A stretch of DNA of 60,566 nucleotides, filler included, from Piptocephalis cylindrospora (Eukaryota), in assembly GCA_003614145.1 (NCBI GenBank). It is 12 parts of 12 records of this genome, joined end to end, with 100 filler letters (N's around TTAATTAATTAA, not from the genome) between each part and the next. Parts side by side here need not be neighbours in the genome. Positions count along the whole stretch, not along the records: positions 20,331 to 25,292 come from KZ988449.1; positions 25,393 to 30,352 come from KZ988450.1; positions 30,453 to 35,408 come from KZ988451.1; 9 more parts are not named here. The stretch is one strand, 5' to 3'. Every line of letters begins with the position of its first letter. Position 1 is the first letter of the stretch. Below are positions 22,749 to 35,177 of the stretch, piece after piece. The notes under the pieces are model-generated. The model was not told the origin of the DNA. It did not search any database and saw nothing but the letters and a program-made list of their open reading frames with translations. The position numbers were made by a program, and so were the translations under genes.

Positions 22749-24548
22749 CTAGACACGATCCTCTTGTCGCTCCTGATACACCTGACCTGGCTGAGGATCT
22801 GAGAGGGAGAGGTAAGAGTGGAAAGCACGGGATCGGAGGAGGTCCTCATACGTGCCCTCTATCTGGTCAAACGGGACAGAGTCCCCACTTTGATGAGAAC
22901 CCCGCTTGGACGGGTCCGTCTGGCCATTGACGGAGAACCATTCGCCCTCATGCTCTGAAGGGAGAGGGGCTCTGTCCCCCGCCCGGGAGATGGCCGTGGA
23001 GGAGGAGGAAACAGGAGAGGGAGGTTCTTGAGGACGGTAGGGGCGGGTAATGTAAGCGGAAGTCTGCTGAGAACGAGGATTAAAGACCCCTTTGGTGACA
23101 CGATCCTCCATCTCTGGTTGCTCCAGCCCCTGGGACCGAAAGGGTGAGGAGAGGGCTAGCCAAAATCGGCGTGGAAGAGTTGTGGTGGGTGCACGACCCC
23201 TGATCACGGTCCATTCGCCCACGCCACCATCTCGGCTGGGCGGGGAGTCAGGAGTGTAGGGTCGTTGATCGCGTGAAGAGGAACTGTACCCCACGTCTGG
23301 CCGAACTTCCCGTCGAGCCCACCACCAGGTAATTAGGGCGATGGCCACAAGTCCCACAACGCTAAACACAACAATTAGGGCAATGTCTCCAGGGCCAAGC
23401 CGTTTCTTGTGTCGTCTTTCAGTGACTTGAGCGATAAACACGTTATCAATGCGGGGTAAGACAGTCCTAGAATCCAGATCGATGGCCACCCAACTGCCTG
23501 CGCCTCCTGGATCATTAGATCCAAAGTCTCCAAAGGACAGGAGCATCACCGTGGGGCTGATCATCTGAGCTGAATGGCCACGACGACCTGCAAGGGTCTG
23601 GTTGAAAGTCAAGGTCTCCCAGGTCCATGTGGTGGTGTTGAGGAGGAGAGTGTCGGAATACCGGGTGGAGAGATCGAGACTGGCTCCGCCAGTGACCACG
23701 ATGGAATCTCGATAGACGACGGCAGCATGGTCCCTCCTCGGGGTAGGAATAGCCCCGCTGATCATACGATCTCCCCAGGTGCCCTGGGAGATGTTGTAGA
23801 CTTGGATAATCCCAAAGGACTCCAGGTACCCACCGGTCCGAACACCACCCAGAATGACCAACTCCCCTGAGGGCACGATGGACGCTGTGTGTTGGTACCA
23901 ACCATGAGGGGGAGAAGTGAGGGAGGTGGTGTCCCCAGAGTAAAAATCGACTTGGGATAGGTCTTGGTGAATGCGACTGGCATTGACACAATCCACGGCC
24001 TCTCCATCACACCCACCGACAAGGAATGCAGAGGTGGACGGAGAGGGAAGAGGGCTGAGGGAGTGTTCAGATCGACTCAATGCCCCTGTGGCATTTACGG
24101 TCTGCCATCCCGAGGTAGTGAGGTAGGATATGCCATGGGACGATCGATCAGGAAGATGAATGCCTCCGTATACTAGAGTGCGCTCCTCACGGGTCATGGA
24201 CGCGGCTCCGATGATCCATGGGGTATTGGAGGAGGCCGTGGAGGAAGGGGGGAAGGAGACGTAGTAATCAGTAATATTAGGTGGGCTCAGACTCAAGGAG
24301 CCATCGTCCGTTCCCGTAGCCTTGACCAGGGGAAAGACAGTGGGTGCCGATGGAGTCATATCCGGTTGGATGCCTCCGATGATTACATTGAAGCCAGCCG
24401 CGTGAAATAGCGCGGGTGTATGGCCATACCGCGAGGTCAATGGACTAGGTGGGCTCGTAGATTGGGACAAGACCAGGCCGGGAAGAAGGGACAGGAGAAG
24501 GATAGGTACGATCCAATGCTGGCGGCCAATGATGCTGCTTGGGCCCAT
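22749..24548 (-). CDS. Kelch-repeat type I membrane protein
   Basis: Signal peptide (IVPILLLSLLPGLVLS), Kelch blades (SRYGHT...IIGG; PTPRRDHAAVV...IVVTGG; GRRGHSAQ...FG), one TM helix (IALIVVFSVVGLVAIALITWWWARR), disordered cytosolic tail. Confidence 0.85.
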   Translation of the reverse strand: MGPSSIIGRQHWIVPILLLSLLPGLVLSQSTSPPSPLTSRYGHTPALFHAAGFNVIIGGIQPDMTPSAPTVFPLVKATGTDDGSLSLSPPNITDYYVSFPPSSTASSNTPWIIGAASMTREERTLVYGGIHLPDRSSHGISYLTTSGWQTVNATGALSRSEHSLSPLPSPSTSAFLVGGCDGEAVDCVNASRIHQDLSQVDFYSGDTTSLTSPPHGWYQHTASIVPSGELVILGGVRTGGYLESFGIIQVYNISQGTWGDRMISGAIPTPRRDHAAVVYRDSIVVTGGASLDLSTRYSDTLLLNTTTWTWETLTFNQTLAGRRGHSAQMISPTVMLLSFGDFGSNDPGGAGSWVAIDLDSRTVLPRIDNVFIAQVTERRHKKRLGPGDIALIVVFSVVGLVAIALITWWWARREVRPDVGYSSSSRDQRPYTPDSPPSRDGGVGEWTVIRGRAPTTTLPRRFWLALSSPFRSQGLEQPEMEDRVTKGVFNPRSQQTSAYITRPYRPQEPPSPVSSSSTAISRAGDRAPLPSEHEGEWFSVNGQTDPSKRGSHQSGDSVPFDQIEGTYEDLLRSRAFHSYLSLSDPQPGQVYQERQEDRV

Positions 24549-25238
24549 GCTCTCCAGGTGGTTAGAATGAAGAGGATTAGAGAGGAGGAGGGTGATGGTG
24601 AAAGGCTGATGATGATAGGGACGATTAGGAATGATAATGATGAGGGGGAAAGAGGTAGATATCTACTTGTAGAGGAGGGGATAATGGTCGAAGGTAAGGG
24701 GGAGTAATGAAAGAAAGAAAGAAAAAGGGCGGCAGAGCGGAAACGAACAGGAGAGCCTGGCCAGTCCTCAGGATAAGTCATCCCATCCGCGGCCATGACC
24801 CAGCCTTGAGCAAGGAAAGCCATCATCCTCAGGCATGGGAGTCTTCAGGTCGGGGTGTCAAGTGAGCACCAAGTCCGCCCAGTCCTATCCGACGCATGCT
24901 TTTTGGTAGGAGGTAGAGTTGGGTTCATAGCACTCCGCCTTCCTATTTTTAATGGATATTGATGGGAATTGAGTGGTCTATCGGGGTTTGTAAAACAGAT
25001 GAAGAGTGGGAAAGCGTGCAATGGACCCCACCTTCAAAAGTCAGCGACGGAGGGGGAGAATGCACATTTGAGAAAGACCAACAAATCCATACCCATTTTT
25101 TGCTTTTTTTCCCCCTCTCGATCGGCATGCAAGGCTGAGTGGAAAATGTCAACAAGATGTCCCGATATGTATATGGCTTCCTTGTTGCATAGGGGCTCGG
25201 ACTTGTGCCTCTTCTTGGTTTTCTCCAGGTTTACCCCT

Positions 25239-25292
<54 letters not shown>

Positions 25293-25476
25293 NNNNNNNN
25301 NNNNNNNNNNNNNNNNNNNNNNNNNNNNNNNNNNNNTTAATTAATTAANNNNNNNNNNNNNNNNNNNNNNNNNNNNNNNNNNNNNNNNNNNNGCGGGGGG
25401 GTTCTGTTGGGTTTGGGGGGCGGCCGGGGGGGGGGGGGGGGGGGCGGGGGGGGGGGGGGGGGGGGGGGGGTGGGGG

Positions 25477-25517
<41 letters not shown>

Positions 25518-26576
25518 GATTCCCCAGGTAGGGAGAGCTGACGATTGATGCTGTCTTGGGCAGGAGAAGAGAATGGGGAAAGGCGCGCGGAAAGGGGGGT
25601 AGGGAAATATCTGTGGTGGAAAGTACTAATAAGGCGAGTGGGAAGGAAAGGAAAGGGTGTTGGTCTTCAGGGTGGGTGGGATATACCCGCACACCCCCGG
25701 TAGGATGAAGGGGATGGATGAATTTCTGGAGCCCAAGGCTTGGATATGCAGTAATGATCTCCCTACGGGCGGGAAAGCATCTGAGACTGAGGGAAGGATA
25801 TCCGGGAAAGAGGGTGAGGCTTTCCAAGGAGATCATCACCAAGGACAGGGGAGAGAGGGTGTGAACATGAGAGGAGGAGGGGATAACAGGATTAATGTGA
25901 TGGGAGGAGGAGGAGGCGGAGAAGGAGGGGAATGTAGAGAAAGTAGGATATGAGGGGTAGGAGATCATCTCTCTCTCTGTGTGTGGGGCGAGCTAAAGCA
26001 AGGTAAGGCAAGATGGAATGACCGTGCCATCTGATGCAAGTGAGATTCCTTGGGCACGAGAGGTGTTTTACGATGGAGATGTCTAAACGGAAGAAAAAGG
26101 GCCCATAGGAGGGAGAGATGTCAGGGGTAAGAAGGATGGAGAGAATGACATGCCTTGATCTCCCTGGTCTCCAAAGGAGAAGAGCGATGGGCTTGGAAAA
26201 CCACATACGGGGGGAGGGGGATGCACAAGGATACTACAAGAGGACTTTGACGAGAGCTGATCTACATGAGAGAGAGGGGGTGTGTCCATAGGGGTGGGGC
26301 ATGTGACGTCCGTGAGCGGAGTCGACACGGTCAGTGTAGCTCACGCGGAGTCAACACGTACATGGGTCGTTGAATGGCCAAAAAGGAACCGACAATCCTG
26401 CACGAGCAGCGTGAAGTAGATCATGCCCAGGTCTTTGCATGTGATTCTCTTTCAAGTATACGATGAGGCAGGAGGGATGGGGATAGGAGGAACAAAGTAT
26501 AAAGCATATCGCCCCAGAGAACAAATCCATGACACCAACAATGTCTTATTGCGTCCTGCTCCCTTTCATACCACCA

Positions 26577-27476
26577 TTAAAAGTACACCTCATCAGGCCG
26601 AACATCCCTACCCAAGGGAATCATACTCTTCTTGTCCTTGTCCCTTGCTAGTGATTTTCTCATATCTGTGTACGAGAGAATGGAGGGTGGTAAGTGCCGC
26701 ATCCTTTATCGCCCTGCCTCTCCTCTCCCACTCACCAAAAGCATCCTCATCGGCCTCGGGAGCCCCACTACCTCCATAATACCCAAGGACCCGACGATAG
26801 ACAGTGTACCCAAACTTGGTGTACATATCTATGGCCACAGTATTGGAGATACGGACGAACAAGTCGACAAAATACCCATTGTACCTGTAGAGGATGAGGT
26901 GAGATGAGAGAGAGGAGGTCGGTACGATCTAGAGTAATAACGTACACTTTTTCCGATACTTGCTCAAGCAAATGCATCATCTGGTCCGCCAAGCCAATCC
27001 TCCGGCACGAAGGGGCAACGGTAATGGCAGTAACATGGCCATGCCAGTCCTTTCCTCGTCCCTCAGTCTTTCCCATCACTGAAGTGGAGGGTAGGGGTTG
27101 ATGTGTGAGCACAACACTAAGGGGGTGGATAGCCCCTTTGTTCATCCGCATGACCTACCATATCCCATCAACCGACCCTCGGGGGATTCGGCAGCGTAGA
27201 AAATATCGGGCCACCTGGATAGGTATTGAAGATAAAAGTTCACTCCGTACTACATCAGGTAGAGTGGCCGTGAGGATGGGGGGAGGTTAAGAGTCAGGAC
27301 GATTAGACTTACCGTCTCAGTAAGGTGATCCAGGTTCCTGTGTTGTTGTCGGCACAGCCCATCCAAATAGAGAGAGACTGGTGAGTGGCACCTCAAGAAA
27401 GTTGAGGATATTTGGAGACTTACACATCATTGAAGCGGAACAAGTCTGTAGCCTTGAAACGACGCAGGGAAGTCAT
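26577..27476 (-). CDS. NAT3: NatB N-terminal acetyltransferase catalytic subunit (NAA20)
   Basis: Spliced MTSLRRFKATDLFRFN..NLDHLTET.Y...FYLQYLSRWP...GKTEGRGKDWHGHVTAITVAP..RRIGLA...FVDLFVRISNTVAIDMY...YRRVLGYY...EDAFDMRKSLARD; 25-nt microexon 27337-27313. Confidence 0.95.
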
Positions 27477-28239
27477 GGTGGTGTTGGGCGGAGGTGTAGG
27501 TAGAAGGAGACGGGTATAGGTGGGGTGTAAGGATGGTGGTGATGACGCGCCGGGAAGGAACCTTGGTTTAGAAGAATCAAGGAGTGGAGGTAAACCAGCT
27601 CGCTTCCCTCCACATCACAGCATCCGCTTACAGTGACACACATAAAACCAGGTTTATTTCCAAATCACCGATATAGTGCACTGTAGACCTCTTGCCAAAG
27701 ATAGAGCATTTCAACGCGCTTATGCACTGCCCACGATGATAGGGAAAAGCTCATCGCTCCCCTGTGTGTAGATACCCATATGATGAGGAAGAACGAACCC
27801 AGACAACCATCATAGAAGGATGACTCAACATGAAACGCGCAGCACCGTTGTCGACCGGTCAAGTTGCGCCTCTGTCTTGGGACAACTATACAGCATGATG
27901 ATTCACGATCCACCATGGATGAGGCGATACCAAGTTCATGGACGGAACACTTTCGAAAATGAGGCAATGGGGCAAAAGACCACACTGTACAGTCATAATA
28001 CTCAAGGACACCGAGGCTCTGTTGTGCAATTAGCTGGTATGTGTCAGTCTCTGGCCAGACCTCCCAGCATCCACTCGGATCCTTCCCTGAACCCCTTTGT
28101 GTGTGTTCCTAGTATCATGCACACACAAAGGAAAATGAGGTGGTATAAAGGCCAGAGCTGTCACGATCATGTCCTTCCTTCCTTCTTTTCTCCCATCTCA
28201 CCATCACCTCGTCAGCCATCCCCCCTCCTCTTGGTCATT

Positions 28240-28494
28240 ATGGAAAGCATAGGAAAGGACTGCACAGAGCTCAAGCAGGCGTATGACACGTGCTTTAACC
28301 GGTGGTACGCCGAGTCTTTCCTCAAGGGCAATACCACCCCCGAGTGCGACGAGCTCTTTGAAAAGTACCGGTCGTGCGTGCACAAAACCCTTAAAGAACG
28401 ACAGCTGGACAAAATGCTTGACGAAGCCCGGTCCCAAGGCGGCCCCTCCCTGGACGAAGAAGGCAAGAAGAAGGGGGGGGAAGGGGGGAAATAG
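28240..28494 (+). CDS. MDM35: Mitochondrial distribution and morphology protein 35 / TRIAP1
   Basis: [30 protein letters not shown]...[13 protein letters not shown]: twin CX9C pattern. Confidence 0.95.
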   Translation: MESIGKDCTELKQAYDTCFNRWYAESFLKGNTTPECDELFEKYRSCVHKTLKERQLDKMLDEARSQGGPSLDEEGKKKGGEGGK

Positions 28495-29055
28495 ACGGAC
28501 GAGACACGCGATCTCTTTTGTACGAATAGCCCTCTTGATGGGTGGGTGGGGTAGGAATGGGATAAAAGTCATGGAAAAGTCCCCTAGTCCACACCTTCTC
28601 TTCCCCATCTCGCAGACGTGATGATGGTAATACAAACCCCACTCCACTTCCCAGACCACAAGAGCACGCCCACTCTACTTCTTCTTCTGCTTCTTCCCAT
28701 ACAAGAAGAGCATACGCCTATCCCACATCCCATCCCATTCATCATGGCGTGTAATATACACTGTGTATTTCGAGATTGGGGTGACCGAGATTAAACAAGG
28801 AGAGGGAGGTGGAGAAAAGTGAGGGATGGAAGGAGATGGAACCCACTCCCCGAAGTGATATCCCCTCTTCCCTCTCCATCTCCCTCCGATCATGTCCTTG
28901 TGGATCCGATCCTAGAAAGGGGAGGGGATCACCTCATTTCCTGACAACACGTCTCATCAGCACGCCCAGGTACACCATGACTTTTCCCTTTCTTGCCCTA
29001 CACTTTCAAGGCACCTCTTCATCCCTTCTCCTTCACAGTTCTCACCCTCGAATAC

Positions 29056-30116
29056 TCATTGACCTAGGAGAAAAAGGGGAGGGGAGGGGAGGAGAGGAGA
29101 GGAGAAAAGAGGAGGGATGAGATGAAACGAGTCTTCCCGCTCTAAAAAAGAACTTGACTTACCATCGCCCGAGGCGGTCCCATCGCTCTGGGTGGCCTGA
29201 CCCGATGATCCAGTCGGTTGCTTCTCCAACCCTCCCTCCCCACTAGAGGTATTATTAGCGTTCGAGGACCCAGAGGTAGTAGGGCTAGAGGAGGCCACAG
29301 GGGGCTTGGGAAGGGCACCGATGACGGTGGAGGAGGAGGTCAACTCCTCGGGAGGAAGAAGACCCCGGCTACGGAGATCGGCAATCTCGTCTTTGGTGAG
29401 GAACCGACCTCCAGGGCCCCGGGGTCTGGCCATGGCATGCTTATGACGACTTTCGTGAAGATAGGGCCTCCGAGCCTTGGCTACCCGATTTCTCTCCTCC
29501 ATCTTGGCCCGGGCAGCCCGACGCTTTAGGATACGGTGGTATTGACGGGCATTGACATAGAGGGGCTCACCCTCCTCGGCCGCTCCTGACCCAGCTCCGG
29601 GGGAGGAGGAGCTGGAGACGGCTGCGGCAGCAGCAGCCGCAGCAGCCGCTGCGGCGGCGGCGGCATGGGTCGGGGTATTTAACGAGTCAAAGGACGTAAA
29701 GGATCTTCCGTATGGGTTATTTCCCATGATGGCGTTCTGTGATGGGGTGGAGGAGGGGAGGAAGGGAAGAAGAGGAGGAGTGAGTGAGTGAGTGAGTGAG
29801 TGAGAGGGAGGGAGGGCAAGGGGTGAGAGGGAAGGATAAAGAAGACAGGGGGTGCTGCCAGGTGGGGGGGGAGGGGGGCGGAGATAGGCGCGACACAAAA
29901 GATCAACAAAATCCACTCTCTCGCTCTGTGTCATACCATATATGCGGCATTTTGCTGGGAAGCAAGGTCAGAGGAAGAGGAAACGCCGCCAGTACCTTCT
30001 ACCCCACCTACGGGAGCAACGTTGGCGTGATGTCCATTGCTACCATCATGGTGGTATCCATTGGACGCTGCAGTAAGGTGGCCAGGATTAGAGTGAGCCG
30101 ACACGGAAGGATCCAT
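29056..30116 (-). CDS. HAP2: CCAAT-binding factor subunit NF-YA/Hap2
   Basis: [24 protein letters not shown]...[26 protein letters not shown]; intron 29936-29737 and a likely intron 29162-29064; poly-Ala tract. Confidence 0.93.
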
Positions 30117-30452
30117 GGTGAGGGAAGGTGTATGTACGTATGTGAGTGCGTATGTGAGGTGAAGGGTAGCGAGAGGGTTGGAGGAAAGAACAAGGGAATG
30201 GGGGGGGACGGTTTGTTGACCTTTTTTCTTCTTGCTAAAGAAAAGCAAACCAGGAGGAAAGGTCAGGGTGGGGGGGGGGGGCAAAAGGGCGGAGACAAAA
30301 AGACACCCTTGGACCAATGCGCCCCCGCCCCGAGCCCGGGCAGGCCGCGGCCNNNNNNNNNNNNNNNNNNNNNNNNNNNNNNNNNNNNNNNNNNNNTTAA
30401 TTAATTAANNNNNNNNNNNNNNNNNNNNNNNNNNNNNNNNNNNNNNNNNNNN

Positions 30453-30559
30453 AAAGACACGGAGTACGTCAAGGGGAAGAGAAGGGAGTAAAGGACACTA
30501 GGGGAAGGGGGAGGAAACTTGGGACATGTAAGGCTTGACTGTTTTGATATCCTAGTTTG
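30453..30559 (+). repeat. 107-bp copy of the sequence at 50195-50301 (upstream of the YANK kinase)
   Basis: Direct comparison: first 55 bp identical, 3 mismatches overall, then unrelated sequence. Confidence 0.92.
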
Positions 30560-31755
30560 TGTGGGGTATGTTGGGGTGGTGGGGGGTGAGGGGAGAGAAA
30601 GGGGGAGGGGGGGGGGGGGGGGGGGGGGGGAAGCAGAGCGGGAGATAGGCAGAAAAAGTAACCAATATTTCTTCAAAACGCTGGATATCAGTAGAGGGAA
30701 GCTATCTCCGAGGTGATGTGTGAGAGGTAGGCCGGAATATTTCGTCTCTTTTTTTTCTTTTTTTTCCAGATCGCATTGAATCTACGCACAATATAAGGGA
30801 ATAGAATATGACTCCCGATCTGGCACCAGGTTTACTCCATTTGCCTTGGAGCCTTCCTTCCGTTGTCACTTTCCCCCAAAATGATTCTAAAGCCTTTTCT
30901 CATGGAGGAATAAGTGGTCGGACATAACAAAGGACTATCTCAGTCAAGCTGCTCTTTATCTTGTCATGGCTATGAAGCACAGTTTCGGCTTAAAAAAAGG
31001 TGCCACAGTTTTTTATAGTGCCTTGTAGGACAAGAAGCTGCATGAAACACAAATAGTCTTCGCTCTCCTTGCTTGATCCATCTCAGAGTGTGGGCGGACC
31101 CTGCATGAAACTTGATGATACAAAGGGCTCGTTGATTCATTCGTCTTATTTGACCTTGTCGAGCGATCCCATCACGATGTCCTTTTCGGGGTATGGTCAA
31201 GGACAGGGACAGTACCTCATCCAAGTGCTGTGACGTCAACCCATCTGGGAATCCCATAAAACCCTGTTGATCTTCCTCCCTTTCCTAGATAAGAGTGTTA
31301 TCACATCGCATAAGAAGGTGGACTTCATTTCGATGGGGCCTCCCCAAAGATTTCCCCTGGACATGAAAGAGAGGGTGACCGTTGACTGGGGATTGAGACA
31401 AGTGCTGTTGGAGCGGAAGATACCCCTCCGCCACCGCCACTCCCAGCCGGCATTCAGATCCAGTGAGGAGTGGCTTGGAAACTCCGACATGTGAGGCGCG
31501 GAGGAAGAACGGAGCCTTGCCTCTTGTATTGAGAGGTCGGGTGTTGGGACTTTCTCTTGAGCCCATAAAAGCTCGTGTGGGTCTCCCCTCTGCCACTCTC
31601 CCGCTCTCTTCCGACCAGACACTCCTTCTTTCTTCATCCCGTCCCGCTCACTCGTCACAATTTTTCCATCTTCCTCCACGATCCTCATCCACTGTCACCT
31701 TTGACGCTTAGAACCCTCATCCCCGTCCCCATCCCATCCCATCGCATTTCCTTTC

Positions 31756-32778
31756 ATGCCACCTGTGGCCCCAACAACAGACACTCGCTTGGACCCAGAA
31801 GTGATCAAGGGGAAGACTCCGACTCGTCGGGTCACCAACCACATCGCTTCCCTCTTCCCCCCTTTGAGCCAACGGGGTAAGTCCAGGTCCAAATCCACCA
31901 CCCACTCCTCCAACCACTCTCGTAATTTTTCGGGAGACCTGGGTCGTGGGGAAGGGAGGCGCCCTGGAACCCCAGGCTCGCCCTCCAGTCATATCTCTAG
32001 GTCATCTTCAACTTCTAGAGCTTTAGCTGGGGATCACTACCACTCGGTGAGCACATCAGCTCTTCCTCAGTACTCTCCCAAGGGCTCAGCCTCTCCCCTG
32101 AATGGAATGCCCATGGCCCGGTATCCCAGCTCAGGCACCGGCGACTCCATCTTCCCTTCGACCCATGATTCGAATCGGTCAGGGTGGAACAGTGTATGTG
32201 ACCAGGTCCTTGCTGTTTTCACTCAGGCTGATGCTTACCCCAACATGGTGGAGGTTCGCGTGGAAGGGGTCACTGACCTGGTGCGCCGGGCCATCTTCCT
32301 CACCAAAGATATCTCCCTTCTTCAACAGGACGCAGCTGCCCTTATTGCCACGGGTACCCAGATGCTCCTCCCCCAGCCCCTCCATCCCTCCGAGTTTTGG
32401 GATTTGGTGTGTCTTGAGGACCTTCTCTATCGGTGGCAACATCTCCACACCCGGGTCATCCCTTTCCTCGAGGCTGCCTTTCTCCCCCTTCGCTTGGCTC
32501 ATCAGGGTACTCCGTGGCTCGAGGGTCTATCTCGTCGTACCTGGCTCCCATCGGAACTGGCCCTAGCCTGCTGGAGGGAAGTGGCCATCTGGCCTCTCCT
32601 TCAGCCCATCCAGCATGCCACTCGTCAGATGGACCCCACTGACCCCACCGGCCAGGCCCTCCTCCTTCTCACCGCCCAAATGCTTGGTCGGGTGTGCAAT
32701 GCTCAAAAGGCCGTTAGTTCCGATCGTAGGCGGCGGCTTCTCGATGTATGGCAAGAGGTCGCTCACCGCGCCAGATGA
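31756..32778 (+). CDS. HbrB-domain protein (Bit61/PRR5-Protor-like, TORC2-associated)
   Basis: WNSVCDQVLAVF...VEGVTDLVRR...RWQHLHTRVIPFLEAAFLPL...ELALACWREVAIWP...QML follows the HbrB pattern as I recall it; Ser-rich N-terminus. Confidence 0.68.
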   Translation: MPPVAPTTDTRLDPEVIKGKTPTRRVTNHIASLFPPLSQRGKSRSKSTTHSSNHSRNFSGDLGRGEGRRPGTPGSPSSHISRSSSTSRALAGDHYHSVSTSALPQYSPKGSASPLNGMPMARYPSSGTGDSIFPSTHDSNRSGWNSVCDQVLAVFTQADAYPNMVEVRVEGVTDLVRRAIFLTKDISLLQQDAAALIATGTQMLLPQPLHPSEFWDLVCLEDLLYRWQHLHTRVIPFLEAAFLPLRLAHQGTPWLEGLSRRTWLPSELALACWREVAIWPLLQPIQHATRQMDPTDPTGQALLLLTAQMLGRVCNAQKAVSSDRRRRLLDVWQEVAHRAR

Positions 32779-33053
32779 ATCGTAGAATCCTCTCCTGAAT
32801 CATTCTTTCACATTCTTCAATGTACTTTTCTCTTTTTCTTTTGTACATCTTTCACCTTTCCTATACCGTCTGCAAATAAGTGGATCCTCCATAAACGAGA
32901 AATGCATCCTGCATGGGGTTTCCTTGCCCAGTTGGATGACAGGTGTCCTATCGAATCCCACTCATGTCTTCCAATAATAAATGAGGCTGTGGTGATATTG
33001 AAGCCGGATCACCTGCTCTGTCAACCCTCTTGGAAGCGTTCACGCGCAGGGGT

Positions 33054-34282
33054 CTACTGAGCAGTCAAGACGGATACGCCTCCAGGGATGATGAGGAGAG
33101 TATGCTCAGCCTGAGCACTCCTCCCGTGATCCTTTGTGGCCATGGTCCATCCATCTGGCCAGGTAATTATCTCCGATCGTCCTTGACATAGCATGGGCTC
33201 GATGGTAAAGACCATGCCCTCCTCCATGATCCCAGGCTCATCATTTGCTATAAGCAGGAGTCAGAAGGGGGTAGTAACAGGAGCGAATGGGGTAAAAGGG
33301 ACTCACCATGATGGAGGATGAGGGGAAGACAGTGGAATTCCTTTCCAATGCCATGACCTGAGAATTCACGGTTCACCGTATATCCTCCTTTGATTGCCAA
33401 ATCCCTTTGGGATAGTTGGAATGACAAGAGAAGCGAGTTGATTGAATTAATAATGGTCCATTATTCTTCCTCCATTCTCTTCAGAGATACTCACTCCACT
33501 GTTCTGCCAATGTCCGAAAAGGCTGTTCCAGGTCTACAAATGGCAATGGCTTTTTCCAAAGCTCGATGCGTCCACTCCACGAGTCTTTTTCCCGGATCAT
33601 CCACCTGGCCAACCAAGAAGGTATCTGACGTATCCCCATGATAGCCATCTAGGTAAACCTAGTAGTATAATATGTTAAGATACACATTTCAACCACCTTA
33701 GAAAGAAGAAAAGGGAAAACTCACGGTAATGTCTACGTTAATAATATCGCCATCCTTTAAGGGTCTTGAATCAGGGATACCATGGCATACGACATTGGAA
33801 ATGGAGGTGCAGATGGATTTGGGAAAGCCGAGATAATTCAACGGGGATGGATATGCGGCGTGCTTAAGGATAAAGGCATGGATCTGATCATCTAGGGCCT
33901 CAGTAGTGATACCCTCGGTGATGAGGGAGCGGGCATGGGCCAGAGTTTTTGCGGCTAGAGCACTTGCCCGGGAAAGCTTACCCTGCTCCTCAGGACCCAG
34001 GACTCGAGGTACTTCCGTCGACCACTCCTTTGGCTCACTACTTTCGGCATATGGGGGTCGGGGGATGGTAGTGGGGGGAGTAGTACGCGGTATGTGGCCC
34101 ACCCCTTCCCGTAGATTAGGAGGGACTAGCCGGTCATACCGGCCAAACTCGGCCCCTGGCTTTTTCCCCATCCCTAGGGAAGACAACATTTGTCTTGGTT
34201 GTCGCCTTGGCCCTGCTGACACGGTGAGAAAGCTTCTAGAGAGGGGACCGGTGGGCGGTCGAAGCCGTTGTGCAGGAAACAT
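33054..34282 (-). CDS. Methionine aminopeptidase type I, mitochondrial (MAP1D-like)
   Basis: Arg-rich presequence, no N-terminal zinc finger; AYPSPLNYLGFPKSICTS..VVCHGIPD..LKDGDIINVDIT/VYLDGYHGDTS..GHGIG..FTIEPM..SAQAEHTLLI; three introns. Confidence 0.92.
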
Positions 34283-34504
34283 GGGGAAAAGTGACGTATA
34301 TGTATGTGAGGGAAGGAAATGGGTACAGATCAGATTTGGGTGGCAGAGCGGATGGATCAATGATATCTCGGAAATAAGAGCCCTTGCTCTAATCAGTGAC
34401 ATGCTCAACACGATCGACACTGCCTATCCTTCATATCATAGACACTGGGCATTTCGACGCATTCTTGGGACGGCCCTAGAGGACGAATTTAATGGAGTAT
34501 CCAC

Positions 34505-35177
34505 TTATTTGCATGTGGAAAGGAGGTTTCCGTGCTGCGAGTGATTGAACAGGAGATCAGAGAGGATGATCACATCAAAGGGCTCAGGCTTCCCTGTACT
34601 AGATCCCTCCAGCATGAGTGGCATCACATCCTGACCCCAGATGTAGCCCTTGGGGACAAGGACCCCCGATTCCACCAGCTCTGGGAAATTGGCCTGGACA
34701 TTGTCCTGGATATTCCCCATGAGATCCGGGTCGGGGTAATCGGTCACGACCACGGTCGAGGCCCCATTCGCCGCTGCCACCAGGGATGGAAGCCCAGCTG
34801 CTGCCCCCAGTTCAAGTACCCTCTTCCCCCGCACGAGTTCCTTCTCCCCATCCAGACGCCAAGCAAATCTCTTCGCCGCATTCCACAGCAAGTGGCCCCA
34901 CAGCGGATGCGACCCCACCAATCGAAGCTTCAATTCTTCCGGAGACCCGGCCTGCACCTGAGCCGCCTCCCGGGTGAAAGTGACAAACGTGGGCTCCGGC
35001 TCTGGAACCTTGTAAGCTTCGGGTTCCTACATAGAGGAGATGAGGATATTGTTGAGCTGGAACTATTGCAGTGTTACATACCTCAAACATGCTACTATTG
35101 AGCAGGTCCTCCTCCTCCTCCTCCTCCTTGGGGGAGGGAGGTGGCCTTTCTGTTTGCTTGGACGGAGATGTCATCAT
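34505..35177 (-). CDS. EFM7: Efm7/Nnt1 protein methyltransferase, apparently C-terminally truncated
   Basis: LRLVGSHPLWGHLLWNAA, VLELGAAAGLPSL, VVVTDYPDPDL, GYIWG, FDVIILSDLLFNHSQH, then TAA; one intron at about 35081-35027. Confidence 0.85.
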
